Below the pieces are notes generated by a model. That model did no database searches, was not told the origin of the DNA, and saw only the letters and a program-made list of their open reading frames with translations. A DNA stretch of 61,531 nucleotides, filler included, from Sphacelaria rigidula (lineage: Eukaryota): assembly GCA_964200075.2 (NCBI GenBank). It is 7 parts of 7 records of this genome, joined end to end, with 100 filler letters (N's around TTAATTAATTAA, not from the genome) between each part and the next. Parts side by side here need not be neighbours in the genome. Positions count along the whole stretch, not along the records: positions 1 to 8,705 come from CAXNAA020010322.1; positions 8,806 to 17,510 come from CAXNAA020010323.1; 5 more parts are not named here. One strand, written 5' to 3'. A program made the position numbers and the translations under genes. Numbering within the stretch: the first letter of the stretch is position 1; each line of letters opens with the position of its first letter. Shown here piece by piece: positions 1 to 11,792 of the stretch.

Positions 1-265
1 TGGAGTCATGTAGTATGAAATCGTTTGATGCATTAGACAGGAGGGAGAAAAACGATGGCTATACTAGAAGATAGATGGTGGCCACAGACGGCGAAACAGG
101 ACGCGGATAAGATATGGAATTTTTTTTTGTGTAATGTATGGAAGAAGCATAATGAGCGCCAGAATGTTGGAGGTGTCTCTATTAGGAGTAGGAGCGGTGC
201 TCCGTCTCGAAAGGGATGCGTGGTCAGTTGTCGAACGACTAAGGCAAGCAACACATGAGTACGCC
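1..265 (+). mobile_element. 3' end of non-LTR retrotransposon family A (ORF C-terminus AILEDRWWPQ...RKGCVV...TKASN*), followed by a C-rich tract
   Basis: Same peptide and tail recur at 27990-28130, 31995-32062, 43808-43872, 61250-61531 (+) and 17611-17641, 26123-26252 (-). Confidence 0.75.
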
Positions 266-850
266 CCCCCCCCTCCCCCTCCTCCCCCCGTCTATCGTTG
301 AAAGACTCACCGTCTCCCAAGGTATACAGTAGCAAGTGGCAAACTCCGTCTAGCATTTTTTCGGGTGTAAACCCAGGAAAAAGGGCCGAGAAGAAGGCAT
401 TTTCCCAGGATACATTTTCGAATCATGAGAAGTGACCTCATCACAGCAAACGTTTGATCCCGAATGCTGCGCATCAGGAAGTATCGAAGGAGGTGTTAGT
501 ATCCGCCCCGAGCTCCGGAATGGGAATCATTTCTACGATCAACATTGACGAATTACGGGCTGACATGTCCTGTCTTAACGGAGGTCCTGCGACTATGCAG
601 CCCCAGGCTCTCTCTCACTCTTACGTATTATGCGCTTGATTAATTCAATCCTTGTTGTCATGCTGAACCATCGTATCAAGCTATTTTGGTTTTTTTTCAC
701 CACACCTACCCGATGCGCTCCAGGTTGAAACCCGTGTCAAAAGTAGCATCCCCATATGCGGAGTTTTTCTCTGCCGGTGGGATAACATAAAATGGGAAAA
801 TGTGTCGTTTGCACAATCTGCTGTTCTTATCACATCTTCTGACTCTACGA

Positions 851-1130
851 TACGAGCTGGGGCAGCCTAGAAGCGGACCTGCAGGTTACAGGTGGACTCT
901 CACCTAAATTGTGAGAGTTGCAATGAAGAAGTTGGTGTGGAGAATCGGTAGGGGATATTAAAAAGAGAGAATTACCAACCGTAAGATGTTTTTCACCATT
1001 TAAGGGCAAAAATCAAGATGCATATTTCACCAAAACGTCCCTGACGTTTTTCATACTGTGTGGGCGGGGAAATTTCTCTTGTGCTCATACCATTTTCCAC
1101 TATATCGTCCCTAATTTAGTCAGGAATGCT
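851..1130. mobile_element. End of non-autonomous TIR element starting TACGAGCTGGG(G/C)CAGC (Tc1/mariner-like TA|CGAG terminus)
   Basis: Terminus recurs at 30708, 31485 (reverse), 35060 and 37530. Sequence at 1466-1660 resembles the interior of the copy at 37840-37970. Confidence 0.55.
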
Positions 1131-1173
1131 GAGGGTGGGGAGATTGCTTCATCACCCCATACCAATCTAAATA

Positions 1174-1463
1174 AGGTGAGACATCTATGAGGCAGTGTAT
1201 CAGCCGTGACTATTCCTGGAAGTGGCGATACCAGACAATAAAGCAACTCATTGTAGGCAGTCATCCAGATACAAGGTTATCAGTAGGCTCCAGGCCGAAC
1301 AATCTTAGCAGGATGCAGCTCACCCTCTATGTGACTCGCCGAACACACCACCGCGCTTCGCGCTTGGTGATTGAGTGCGAGCCTGGTCCGGCGAGAACCC
1401 GGCTTTGTAGGGATGCGAGGTCAATGGTCTTATGACTATAGCATGCATGATCATGAGTACACC
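1174..1463 (+). mobile_element. Non-LTR family B 3' fragment (tail GGGATGCGAGGTCAATGGTC..ATGACT..GCATGATCATGAGTACACC)
   Basis: Alignable to 32081-32389 and 18441-18737 (+), and to 30222-30420, 26256-26315 and 52560-52657 (-). Confidence 0.75.
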
Positions 1464-1666
1464 TCTACGAATTTTCCATATCAAATTCTCAATTGCAACT
1501 CTCAAAGTTGAGGTGAGAATACCTGGTTTACAGGCCGATTCAGTCTACAAACCGAGTTGTATGTTACAGGTCATTTCGCAGCTCAGTTTTGAGACTTGTG
1601 CTTTGGCATTGTTTGTAGAGAATCGCAAGGGCAAAAATGATGGAAATAGAAATCTGCGGGATATAT

Positions 1667-1985
1667 GTGATTGATTGTCGCACTTGAACTAATCTCCCAG
1701 GAATCCAACCGTGGTCACCTGATAGACGTACTCGAGATAAAACAAAATGAAAACGTCCGATGAAAAAAAGTGAAAAAAAAACGCTAAGGTTGAACAGGCA
1801 AACAGAGAAGACCCAGGAAAGAAAAGAAAAAGGAAAGCAAAGAAAAAGTTCAATAACTAAAAGAAATAAAGAAAAAAAAACTACAAATGGCCGGCCTCTA
1901 CCACATGGCTTCGTTTGAAAGATCTTGCGCAATAACCACACTCATACCCAATCGTGAAACACGAAAGGCCGTGGAAATAGGTTAC
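1667..1985 (-). mobile_element. RTE-type LINE 3' end with (TCAA)n tail
   Basis: Reverse complement of the tail at 42040-42130 and 25050-25142 (GTACGTCTATCA..TGACCACGG..TGGA...CAATCAATCA). Confidence 0.7.
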
Positions 1986-2009
1986 GGCTCCTCTATTTCG
2001 ACCTCGCTA

Positions 2010-3110
2010 TTATGGGCATGAAGCTCTCATCCATGAACCCGCGTACGGAACGAAGCGAGGCACCAAACTGCTACTTGCATACACCAGGAGAAAAGAACAC
2101 ACACACAGAGACGGGGAAAGGACAAAATAGAGAAGGGGACTACAAAAGTGATGAAACTCGAAGGACACAGTATTGTAGAGCAGGTAAAACTCATACCAGG
2201 GAGTACCGCAGAACCAGCGACTAAGTAAAAAATTAACAACCGGTAGGAACAGACAGGGGTACATCAGTTGCCGTGTCAGCCGTATTTCTCGTGTTCACCC
2301 CTGGTCGGGTGCGAAGCGGGTCATTCTCTCGGTCACTTCCATTTAAATTTTTTCGCGAGCCGTAGTTGTTGTTGTGCTAGCGCGGGTAGTTCTTCGTTTG
2401 GCGCCTCTCGACGCAGCAGCCTCTCGTTTGTGACGGCGGTCCGATTCTCGTTCGTCTTCGCGTTGCCACACGAAAACCTCCCAGCTCCTTTCTCGACTAC
2501 TCTAGGATGTCATTCGCCCATGTTCTTCGCCGCAGTAATCCAATCTTGTGCGTCGTCAACCTCTGCACCGTAGACGAATCACTCTCGTCGTGCTCCGTTG
2601 CGTGGAAGAGCCCCTAAACACGGGATTTTACAAATTGGGGATGGATTTTTCATTGGGGATGAGAGCCCGGAGAATAAAAATCTTCGTATCCACACCAAAT
2701 CTTCGAAATATGGCTCCATTTTTTCACTCGCTGGTAGCTATTGACAAGTACTACACGCCATACAAGTTTGGATGTCGATGGGCGAAAGTTTGGGGTGCTA
2801 GGTGAAAAACCATCTCTAGGGTCCGATCGGATCATCTAAATTCCCCAAAATGTGTTTTCACCTAGGAACCCATCAATTCGGTCATCAAAATCCAAATTTG
2901 TATAGCGTATAGCAGTTGTCAAAAGCTACTAGCAAGTGATAAAATGGAACCATATTTCGGAAATTTGGTGTGGGTACGAAGATTCTATTTCTCCGGGTTT
3001 TCATCCCCGATGAAGAATCCATCCCCAATATGTGAAATCCCGTGTTCCTAGTGCACGTAGGTTCTTCTGGAGGTTGTGCCCCAAGAGTTTAGGGGAGCGA
3101 CCTATTTGAT
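2010..3110 (-). mobile_element. RTE-type LINE 3' fragment interrupted by a foldback element
   Basis: 2030-2612 and 3047-3110 align collinearly with 48410-49040 of the long RTE copy. Confidence 0.7.
2617..3046. mobile_element. 430-bp foldback/MITE with ~200-bp imperfect inverted arms and 4-bp TSD (CCTA)
   Basis: Ends AACACGGGATTT...AAATCCCGTGTT; CCTA at 2613-2616 and 3047-3050; diverged copy at ~14345-14755. Confidence 0.85.
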
Positions 3111-5279
3111 AGCTCCATGCACAGTGAAGACTCGACAGAGGGGAAAATATATTATCTTGTTTTTTTCCACTCCTTCACGCTTGACTCACCCATCAAACAT
3201 AAACAATAGAACGCACGCTCCTCCTGAGCTGCTGTATGCGAGAAGCCCAAGCCAAGTGATACGTGGTGAGCGTCTCCTGAGATATGCGGTATATCTGCCA
3301 TGATACAATCCTGCCTTTATGATTGGTCCACTCTCGGACTGTCCCGTTAATTCATTCTGCATTCAATCTGATCGTGCTGGCATACGATCCAACACTAGTA
3401 CACATGAACAAGGATCTAGTCCAGGCATATTCGAATAGCCTCCCTGACTGGAGCTGTCCTTGAAACTGATTATCACGCGGACAAAATCTTGCAGCTCCTT
3501 ACCTATACCCAACCTAAATTATGCTCACAACCTAATCACAGGGGAACTCGAATACTCGGCAATAATATGAAAGGCCATATCTGTCTGGAAAATTGTATTT
3601 CCTACAATATTGGCCCCCCTAATCCAATATTACTTTCCCATTTGCGGGAATATACTTCATGTCAATTTCAAGCCATGTTCCTTCTGTAATCCAACATAAC
3701 GTATATTCCAAAACCCAAAATCAACGGATCAAATCGACCAAGATAATCTGCTGCGTGCCATGATATATTAATGGGTTTACGTCATCAAATCCCCTGATCC
3801 CCTGATTCGTGACCATCTTTCATACATGAATTGACCAAGAGCTTCTTGAATTTTAACATAGGCATTGAAAAATTTTCGGATCAATCCTCTATTAGCAAAT
3901 AAATAAGGACGACCTCGACGATATCTATAATGATTTTCCATATATTGTGGTTCTGTTCATCCACAAGCTATTATAATTAATCTATTATCTAAACACATAA
4001 TATTGTTTAAAAGACTATTTATTTTTGTACATTTGATTAAAAACATAAAAAAATATAGCGTCAAAATTAGATTTAGTTATTATTAAGACTTTTTCCTGTC
4101 TCCTATTCGCTTGTCTTTTAATAGTATTGATATAGTCATCCTCCATCATTAACATCTTCAATGTAGCAAACAGCACTTGGTTCGAAACATTTGCGATCAC
4201 GTCGGGAACTAAACTCAGGCGAAGAAACAATTCAAACTACATTAGCATCTCAATGAAAAGCCGAGGTGAACACGATCAATCTCGAACCTAACAACAGAAG
4301 CATATACCAGACGATCCTCGAAAATAGGGTTGAGCCGAAAACTGAGGTTCAAGTGGCAAAAATAAATAAAATTCAGGTTTTGTGCCGAACAGTTATGCCA
4401 AGGGAAAACATCTTTCCAAAAAAAACAATCTGTCGCAGTTAGGCAGGTGTGGCTAGGTGCACTGAATGATTGTGGTGTACACGTGTGTCGATTACGATAC
4501 CACCGGAGGAGCAAAGGCGGAGAGGAAGCTCCTCGCCCGTGTCCCTTGTGTCCTCGTTCGACGATTCTCATTCGCTGGGGAGATTGGCATCATGTTACCA
4601 GCACATAACTAATTTTCCATGTTCCGGTAGGCACTTAATTGCTGCACAGCCCCCCCAAAAACATCGAGGTGCCGAGGGGTGTCGCATCTTGACTGATATA
4701 ATCTTCTCTAGTCTGTGACGCCGACCAATGCAAAGATTGAATCCTCTCTGCCTCTCTTCTTGGATTGGACGCGCCTCTGTGCTCTGCAGAACACGTCATC
4801 GAAAACCAGGACGATGTTCCCGTCACTGCTACGGTTCTCTCTCTCACACACATGCCAGTAAGGACTGTGTTGCGGCAATAAGCATATCCAATCGCAACTT
4901 GGGGGGTGTTATTGTCATCGTTGATATTACCCGACCTCTACAACCACATGCTCACATCAAGGACAAGTCTACCACACCCCAGTGGGGGGATGTATGAGAT
5001 ATCAAACACTGGTGAAGACCTTTATAGCCTCTGCCAGACAATCTGGACAAGAGGGCTATTCAGTGAGAGACTTCTCCAGAATCCACTGACCTCACGCTCG
5101 ATAAGATCTTCTCTCAGAGCTTCCATTCACGAAGTAAGCAGCCGCGGCCTGTACCTTCAGGCTTAGGCTACACAAGGGTCATCATCAACGGGATGCCCTC
5201 GTCCCCTGGTCATTATCCAGGATCCTACATGCTACATCTACTACGCCTTGGTGTATTTTGGTTACGGCACCCCCAAAGC

Positions 5280-5900
5280 GAGTTCAAGACAAACGAACGA
5301 GCTTGACAACCAACAAAAAACCAAGGCGAATTCGCATGCTTCAAATCACAAAGAAATGCCATACTCCGACGCTAATTCACACGTCAGCGCCCGAGTCAAC
5401 CTCAGTTCACGCAATTCCTTCGCAACAAATTCAGGCGCAGGAAAAAATATCTTCCGAAGAGACTTCTACGTACTTTCTTCAGTACCGAACCCATCTCAAT
5501 CGACCAAAACAATAGCATGACCATTGCTTCAGAATCATTCGACCAATGGATATACGCAACATCAAATGGGTGTTGCACCTCCAGCGCGTCGCTCTGCTGC
5601 GCGATTCTTGTACTTGGTTCTCGAAGTGCGTGGCGGTATCACTAACCCACACACGCCACACCCCCAAAGTCTTGCATCATTGCGACAAATACTTAGCCGT
5701 AACCTCGGCAGTGCAAGCCTCGGTTGGTTCCAACCGAACGAAATTTGAAAAATCATCCGGGATAACAAACATACAGCAAACCACCAGGCAGCTAGTACCA
5801 TCAAGTTTGCTTCTTCCGACGTACAAAAATCAGATTGAACAACCTCCCCTGGCGCAATACCTTTAACAATATCGCCAAAAGCGTGCTACGGGCTAGGATC
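5280..5900 (-). mobile_element. Degraded Ty3/Gypsy integrase fragment
   Basis: Minus-strand translation DDFSNFVRLEP...GVWRVWVSDTATHFENQV (integrase core), with stops; paralogous to the integrase part of ORF 6532-7965. Confidence 0.7.
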
Positions 5901-6531
5901 AGTTTTTCATACATGCATGATTTTTCATCCTCAAACACACGAGAACTCGTGTGATCTCTGCTCACAGACAACGAGCCTACACATTTCGTAAATCCAGCTC
6001 AATATCACGTCATCAGCAGCAGTCACCTTCTCCTGCGGTCAGTACGAGTCGACGCATTTCGCTCATCATTCAGCAGTATTTTGTTCACTGCCTCACCCTG
6101 ACGGTCATCAGACACCATGCACATCAGTAGCATTCGAGCGGAAATTCGACTCATGCATGCCAACATCCCACTCAGCATACGAAAATTCGTACATGCATGC
6201 CAATATTTGACTCAGGGCCTGCAATGCAACCCGTGTTGCACAAACCATGCATCATGCATGCTATTCAGAGCAGCACAACACATGCATACCAAATTCCACG
6301 CGTACACCGGCGTTTTCCAGCGAACGCAACACGAGCGCACCCGCTCTACTGTCATGCTTCATGCGCGAACAGCAACACAGATATGACCCCAAAAGCACAT
6401 CATAACAACCTTTGATTTTCAGAAAACGATTCGGAAATACCATTCATCTTGTGTGTTCTCATGCTCTACAAGTACCCTTACAAGTAGTTGGTCCTCAACA
6501 ATATTCAATCCGGGGCTCACCACTATATCAC

Positions 6532-8669
6532 TCATCTCAGGTGATCCCCGCTTTGTAGGCTTCCAGTCCGCTCCTGCGAAGTAGCAGCACTGGAACTAGT
6601 ACCTTTTGCACACCATAGAGCAACAATTCCTCTCGTACGGTAGCTCCCAGCAGCCACGTCTAGCACCCCCACGGTGAATCTCAACAAGCCACCAAACAGC
6701 ATATCCTCACTGCCGAACCAATGCGACACAAACTCTGCCTCCACAGAAGCTTGCGCTTCGACGATTTCTCCTGTTTCAGCCACTTTTTTAGACGAGATGA
6801 GAGGTGGAACGGGAACAACCATGCAGTTCCGCATAGCAACAGCTCTCGAGGGCACCACACCATCCTCACTAGGCACCTGACCTGACATCATATGAGCAAT
6901 ATCACGTATCATTCGCTTACATTTACGATGGGACGAAGGCGAATTGACCATCCGAAATCTACGATACATCAACGCCTTATTAAACGCTCTCACCGCACAG
7001 TTATTCATATGCCATCCCGTATCGCCGATCCATACCTCCGGCGACCCCATCACTTTTGCTTTGAACCATGTCAGAAATTGCTCCACCTTCTTCGCCTCCA
7101 CATTAGACTGTGCGGGCTCCAACCACACGAAGTTGCTCACATCGTCTTCGATCACTAAATTTTCTTGGATCGGATCTCCGTCGTCCAACCCACCATTTTC
7201 CAGCTGACCACTCGCTCCATCGCTGAGGAAATTGAATTTTATCACCTCCTCCAGGTGAGTACCCTGCACCTTATCCCCACCATGCACCATATCCTCGTGG
7301 GGAGGGGGAATGTGCGCCCCCACCTTGGATTCGCTCACCCGTCGCGAGCAGAAAGGTTTCGGCTTTTCCATCGCCGCTCTCTCCAAGCTTGACTGCAAAC
7401 TCCAGTACAGTAACCCAAACGCCACCAAAACTTCAACACACGAAGTTAGCCACCCGGCCTTCACCGGATCGTTGCAATTGGGCTGGGCCTTCGCAGCCGT
7501 CGCCTGTGGCTGTGGTTGCACCCTCATAGGCGGTACGGCTCCACTCTCAGGAGCTTCCTCTTCATTTCCACCTGTATCCTTTTTGCTCTCACTTTGAAAC
7601 GACCACTCAGGGACGATCACCCGCCTAACCGGAAGATAGTTGGGGTTGTTCACGCCGGTCTGCACCGGCACAGCACGCGGGCGTAACGTTTCCAAAGTCA
7701 GCGGATACATATCTACCCCGAGTTCCTTCATAGTCGCCATGCCACACAACACCACGTCATCATTGCCGGGCATGACCGCGAAAGTGATTGGCGACATTTC
7801 CCCAGCTCCCCACGGCGTTCGCACGCTTACAGCAATAGGCACCGTTTTATGAGAAATAGTCACGGGCGCACCCGTGGCGCTCTGTGCCATTTGCGGTCCA
7901 TTTTCGAATGGTTGCTGTAGCTGGGCGTACCCAAACTGTGGAGACATCTGTTGCAGCAACCCCACATTTATTGATGTGATTGCTGATCCAGAGTCGAAAA
8001 AAACTCAAGCCATAAAAGAACCAACAGAACCTGGTATAGATAGATCAGCGCGCAAACATTCTACTCTGCGGTCGACAGGTACCACACCTGCCGAAGAAAA
8101 ACTCTGGTTGGTACCTAGAGTCACTTGACGCCAAGGCAGTGCTCCAGCACTTGGCATCGATGCTTTTGTATTCGTCGCAACAGTGGAAGATACACCCTAC
8201 ACGAATCCTGCCGGGCCTATGGGTTGCGAGCCTTCCGCTCCAGCACTCCCAACCAAAGTATTACCTTCCCTCACATATGTCAGCCGCTCCGACACAGACG
8301 AACCTAGAGATCTAGCGTCATCGTTCGAAAACGCACTTGAGGATACAGTAGCGACGGAATTACTATTCTCCATCGCTTGGTTTCGTTTTTGGCCCCTGCC
8401 TCTGCACCCGTATCTCTGGTTGCTTCGACCTTGTTCGCCACAGCAACCGCCTCGAGATCTTGACCTATCTCGCGCATATCCTTGCGCAGCGCCTTAGCGC
8501 GAGGCTCGGGGCAAAATATTAAAATGTGCCCATGGTCGCCACAATTGTAACATACGCGAGTGAACAACGCCCGCGAAATCGGCAGCTGTTTCTGTTGCTT
8601 ACGCTCGTCATACTTTGACGTTTCTAACGGTTTATCCCAAACCAGCGGCATCGTTGCCGCTTGAGCCAT
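6532..8669 (-). mobile_element. Internally deleted Ty3/Gypsy element: gag zinc knuckle, protease, start of RT, integrase
   Basis: CYNCGDHGHILIFC (CCHC) in ORF 8304-8669; FDSGS protease motif (DSG at 7987-7995); RT-proximal PMRVQ..DPVKAGWL..VAFGL; integrase DDVSNFVWLEP..GSPEVWIGDTG. No RT core or RNase H seen. Confidence 0.85.
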
Positions 8670-8705
8670 GTTCTCTATGACTCAAAAATCACGGATAGAC
8701 TCTTG

Positions 8706-8805
8706 NNNNNNNNNNNNNNNNNNNNNNNNNNNNNNNNNNNNNNNNNNNNTTAATTAATTAANNNNNNNNNNNNNNNNNNNNNNNNNNNNNNNNNNNNNNN
8801 NNNNN
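8706..8805. other. Artificial scaffold linker (44N-TTAATTAATTAA-44N)
   Basis: Six-frame stop spacer; identical 100-bp structure occurs six times. Confidence 0.99.
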
Positions 8806-8939
8806 GATGCGCCCACATATCCCGAAAGAGGTAGACTGGCGCCCAGAATAAATGGGACAACACACAACAAACACAGACTCTGCGCTACTGCCCTTTACAA
8901 AGCCGAAAATCTGAAGGAGGCTAATGTTGCACATCGGTG

Positions 8940-9072
8940 TGGTTCGCAGCAAGTGGCTGTGTGGTGTGTGGTGTGTGTGGTGAGTGGAGCGTGGTGGGGT
9001 GGTGGGGTGGTGGGGTGGTGGGGTGGTGGGCAGTGGGACGGTGTGCTGTCTACCACCCCCCCCCCCCCCCCG
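8940..9072. repeat. GT-rich simple repeat, (GGTGGGGT)n and poly(C)
   Basis: Directly visible low-complexity sequence. Confidence 0.9.
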
Positions 9073-9089
9073 GTAAAATAAAAAAACAA

Positions 9090-9225
9090 GTATATCGGCC
9101 ATATCAAAATCTGATATTGATATCGATATTGATACGTATCGACAAAAATCGGATATCGATACTGATACGTATCGACCGATATTATCGAAATCGTATCGAG
9201 TATCGATATCCGATTTTCAACACTG
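9090..9225 (-). mobile_element. hAT-like transposon end with ATCGAT/GATATC subterminal repeats
   Basis: Reverse strand begins CAGTGTTGAAAATCGGATATCGATAC and is followed by dense ATCGAT/GATAC motifs. Confidence 0.55.
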
Positions 9226-9256
9226 GGTTCTATCGTTCTATCGTGGAGGCAGGTTC

Positions 9257-9680
9257 TGTGAATCTGCCTGTACAGGCAGATATACGCCGGCCGGCCGGCC
9301 GGACATGTGCTCCTTTCTCTTCAAACGCACACTGAATATCTACGTATCGTCCACCCAACGCTTCGATTCTGGGGGCATATAGATGTTCCCTACGAAGAAG
9401 TCCTTCGTTCCCCGCTCTCCCGGTACCCTTATTCATATGCTCTCGTCGCATTTCGTGTCATACATTACTTCTATTATGTCACACAGGTATGCCTTGACTA
9501 AAAACCCTACTCCCCCCGCTCCCCTACACTTGGCCTTCTGTTCCTTCCGCTTTTTCCCTTTCCAAGCATACTCTTCACTTGTCGAAGTACTTCTACGGAT
9601 ATTAGCGAGAGTTTGTTCGCTCCTTCCGGGTTTCTGTGAGCCGATGTTATTTCCCTAGTACATCAAATGGTGTGCAGCGA
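9257..9680 (+). mobile_element. Putative LTR followed by primer-binding site
   Basis: TG at 9257, CA at 9664-9665, then TGGTGTGCAGCG at 9668. No second LTR in the scaffold. Confidence 0.35.
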
Positions 9681-10809
9681 TCTGCTGCCCTTGCCTGTAG
9701 ACGCCCCAATGTCCAACCTCTCAAGTTCCACTACCTGCACAGTCAACCTACAGACTGTAGAGACAGCAGTATTACTGCTCTGATGGAACATTCGGAACAA
9801 AAATAAATCTCCATTCGCCAATTTTGAAACCGTCTGCCGAGCAGCTCTTGCACCCGGAGGCGTTCTGCAGCATAGTACCACGAGTAATGGTGCTGCACAA
9901 ACAGTGCTCCACTGCACAGTTCCGTGGTATCCGCTGAATCACTGATTTGAGTTGCATCGCCATCGAAGACAAGAGTGTAGTTTGTCGGCGGTAAACAGCA
10001 ATGGGGATGAATAGCGTAGCAAGGCCGCACTCAGCTCCGTTTGAGAAACGGAGTGGGCGGGATGTGGGACTCAGGCCGCACACAGCAGGCCCTACAGCGC
10101 CGCACAGGTGATCATGCTGCACGTGCTTATTGTCAACAGTAGAGGCAGCACTGCGTTATAATGTTTTGTTTTGCAATGCCAGTTGAACTCAGCGGGTGTG
10201 TGCTCTTGAAACGACACCGGGTGTGCTGAGTGATGGGTGCTGATGTTTGCTCTTCGTCTGGGGTGTGCTGCCTTCAGTACTCATCGTACCAGTGGTAGCT
10301 GAACGGGGTGTGGATTTTACACCCCGACTATCGAACGCTGGGAAAACGATGCAATGATACAGTGTAACGCCGCCGGCCCCCGCTGCACCCCAGTTGAGTT
10401 ATTCCTATGTAGTGCTGCCGCACTGTACTTGCGCTGGACTGTACCGCGTATACCTATCGAGTACCTCTACATTGGTGATTCCTACTATATGCACAAGCTG
10501 GGTCGGCCAAGAAAGGACCTTGTGCCAGATGGTCGCATCTTCGAGCAGCACCGAGCACAGGCGAGCCGAACATATGGTTGTGATATGCTAGCTGAGGTGG
10601 CCACGCACATCCATCGAGCTTGAGAATCTGTGAAGCGGTGGTGTGATGCTCGCGTCTGTGTTTTTACTTCTTGAATCAGGATTTTGCGTTGCGCTTTTGA
10701 ATCGAATTCGCTGAGAATAACTATTCCGAATTTGTCCAAACTTTTTTTATCATGAAACACCCAAGGCGAGAACGAAAAGCGGCGAACGTCTGATTCCTTC
10801 ACCTGTCGG

Positions 10810-11310
10810 ACAGCCCATGAGCTCAAACGTATGTGGGCTATAGCTCACTTGTGGTCAAACGTGTGCAGATTTGCTCCGTCCGATAGCTCGCCTGGGATGA
10901 ACACGCGCGAGTGAGCCGCGGACTGGTAGCTCACGCGGGACGTACGTAGCTCATGTAGCTCTCATAGCTAACCCTGACCAAACATGCATAGCTCTCGCAG
11001 CTCGCCTAGAGTAGACATGCGCAGTTCACGTCGTTCTCATAGTTCATCACGGGCGGGCACGCACTGCTGAGCTATATCCCGTAGCTCACCCAGAGCGAAC
11101 ACGCGTAGCTCATGCAGTTCTCATAGCTCATCCAGGGTCAACATGTGAGAATGAGATATGTCCCGATAGCTCACCCAAGATGAGCAGAGCCCAGGTGAGT
11201 TACGTCCGGTAGCTAGCCCAGGGCAAACATGTGTAGCCCATATAGCTCTCATGGCCAATTAGGGCTACGTTCAAAAAGAGCTAGCTCAAGCTAGGGGGGG
11301 CTGATCTGTC
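10810..11310 (-). repeat. AGCT-rich ~40/81-bp subterminal tandem array
   Basis: Reverse complement of arrays at 20678-21150 and 23202-23745, including the terminal GATCAGC..TAGCT(C/T)GAGCTAGCTCTT. Confidence 0.85.
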
Positions 11311-11499
11311 AGACTTATTCAATATTTTGAACGCTATGAGCGTTGGGCCTCGTTTCGGTGCATCAAAAGGCCGGCAGTCGTGCGGGGAATGTGCGGCCAG
11401 TATATTATTTTTGACCACCGAAAATTTCCTTGCAAAACAATTGGCCGATCAAAGAACTGCGGACACCTTTACTGTACTTGTTATTATCATTTAAAAAAA

Positions 11500-11792
11500 A
11501 AAAAACGGATGTGTCGCACTCTGAACCCCTCCCCTTCTTCGGGACGAGTCCGGGGTCGTCTCAAGGGAGCAACCCATTTCTCCCCGGTACACGCCTTGCA
11601 TTTTGGTCTCGCGGATTGGATCAGCACCCCCGCACCGCGTCAACTCACGTCGAAAAACCTCAGTCAACTCACGTTCCCATGCTTTCCACGGTGGAAATCG
11701 GATACTACGAAGAGAAAGCCCAACGCATCGGGAGTCTAACCCTCGTTCTCTCGACCCTAATGGCGACAGTCAGGCCATTACACCACCGGGGC
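11500..11792 (-). mobile_element. tRNA-derived SINE
   Basis: Minus strand starts GCCCCGGTGGTGTAATGG (A box), then GGTTAGACTCC (B-box-like), a ~220-bp unrelated body and a T-run. Confidence 0.65.

Noticed and set aside
8750-8761. TTAATTAATTAA as a biological motif or piggyBac target
   Set aside because: Always centred in 44+44 Ns; an assembly spacer.
10440-10623. YLYIGDSYY as a transposase DDE motif
   Set aside because: Single short motif without supporting neighbours.
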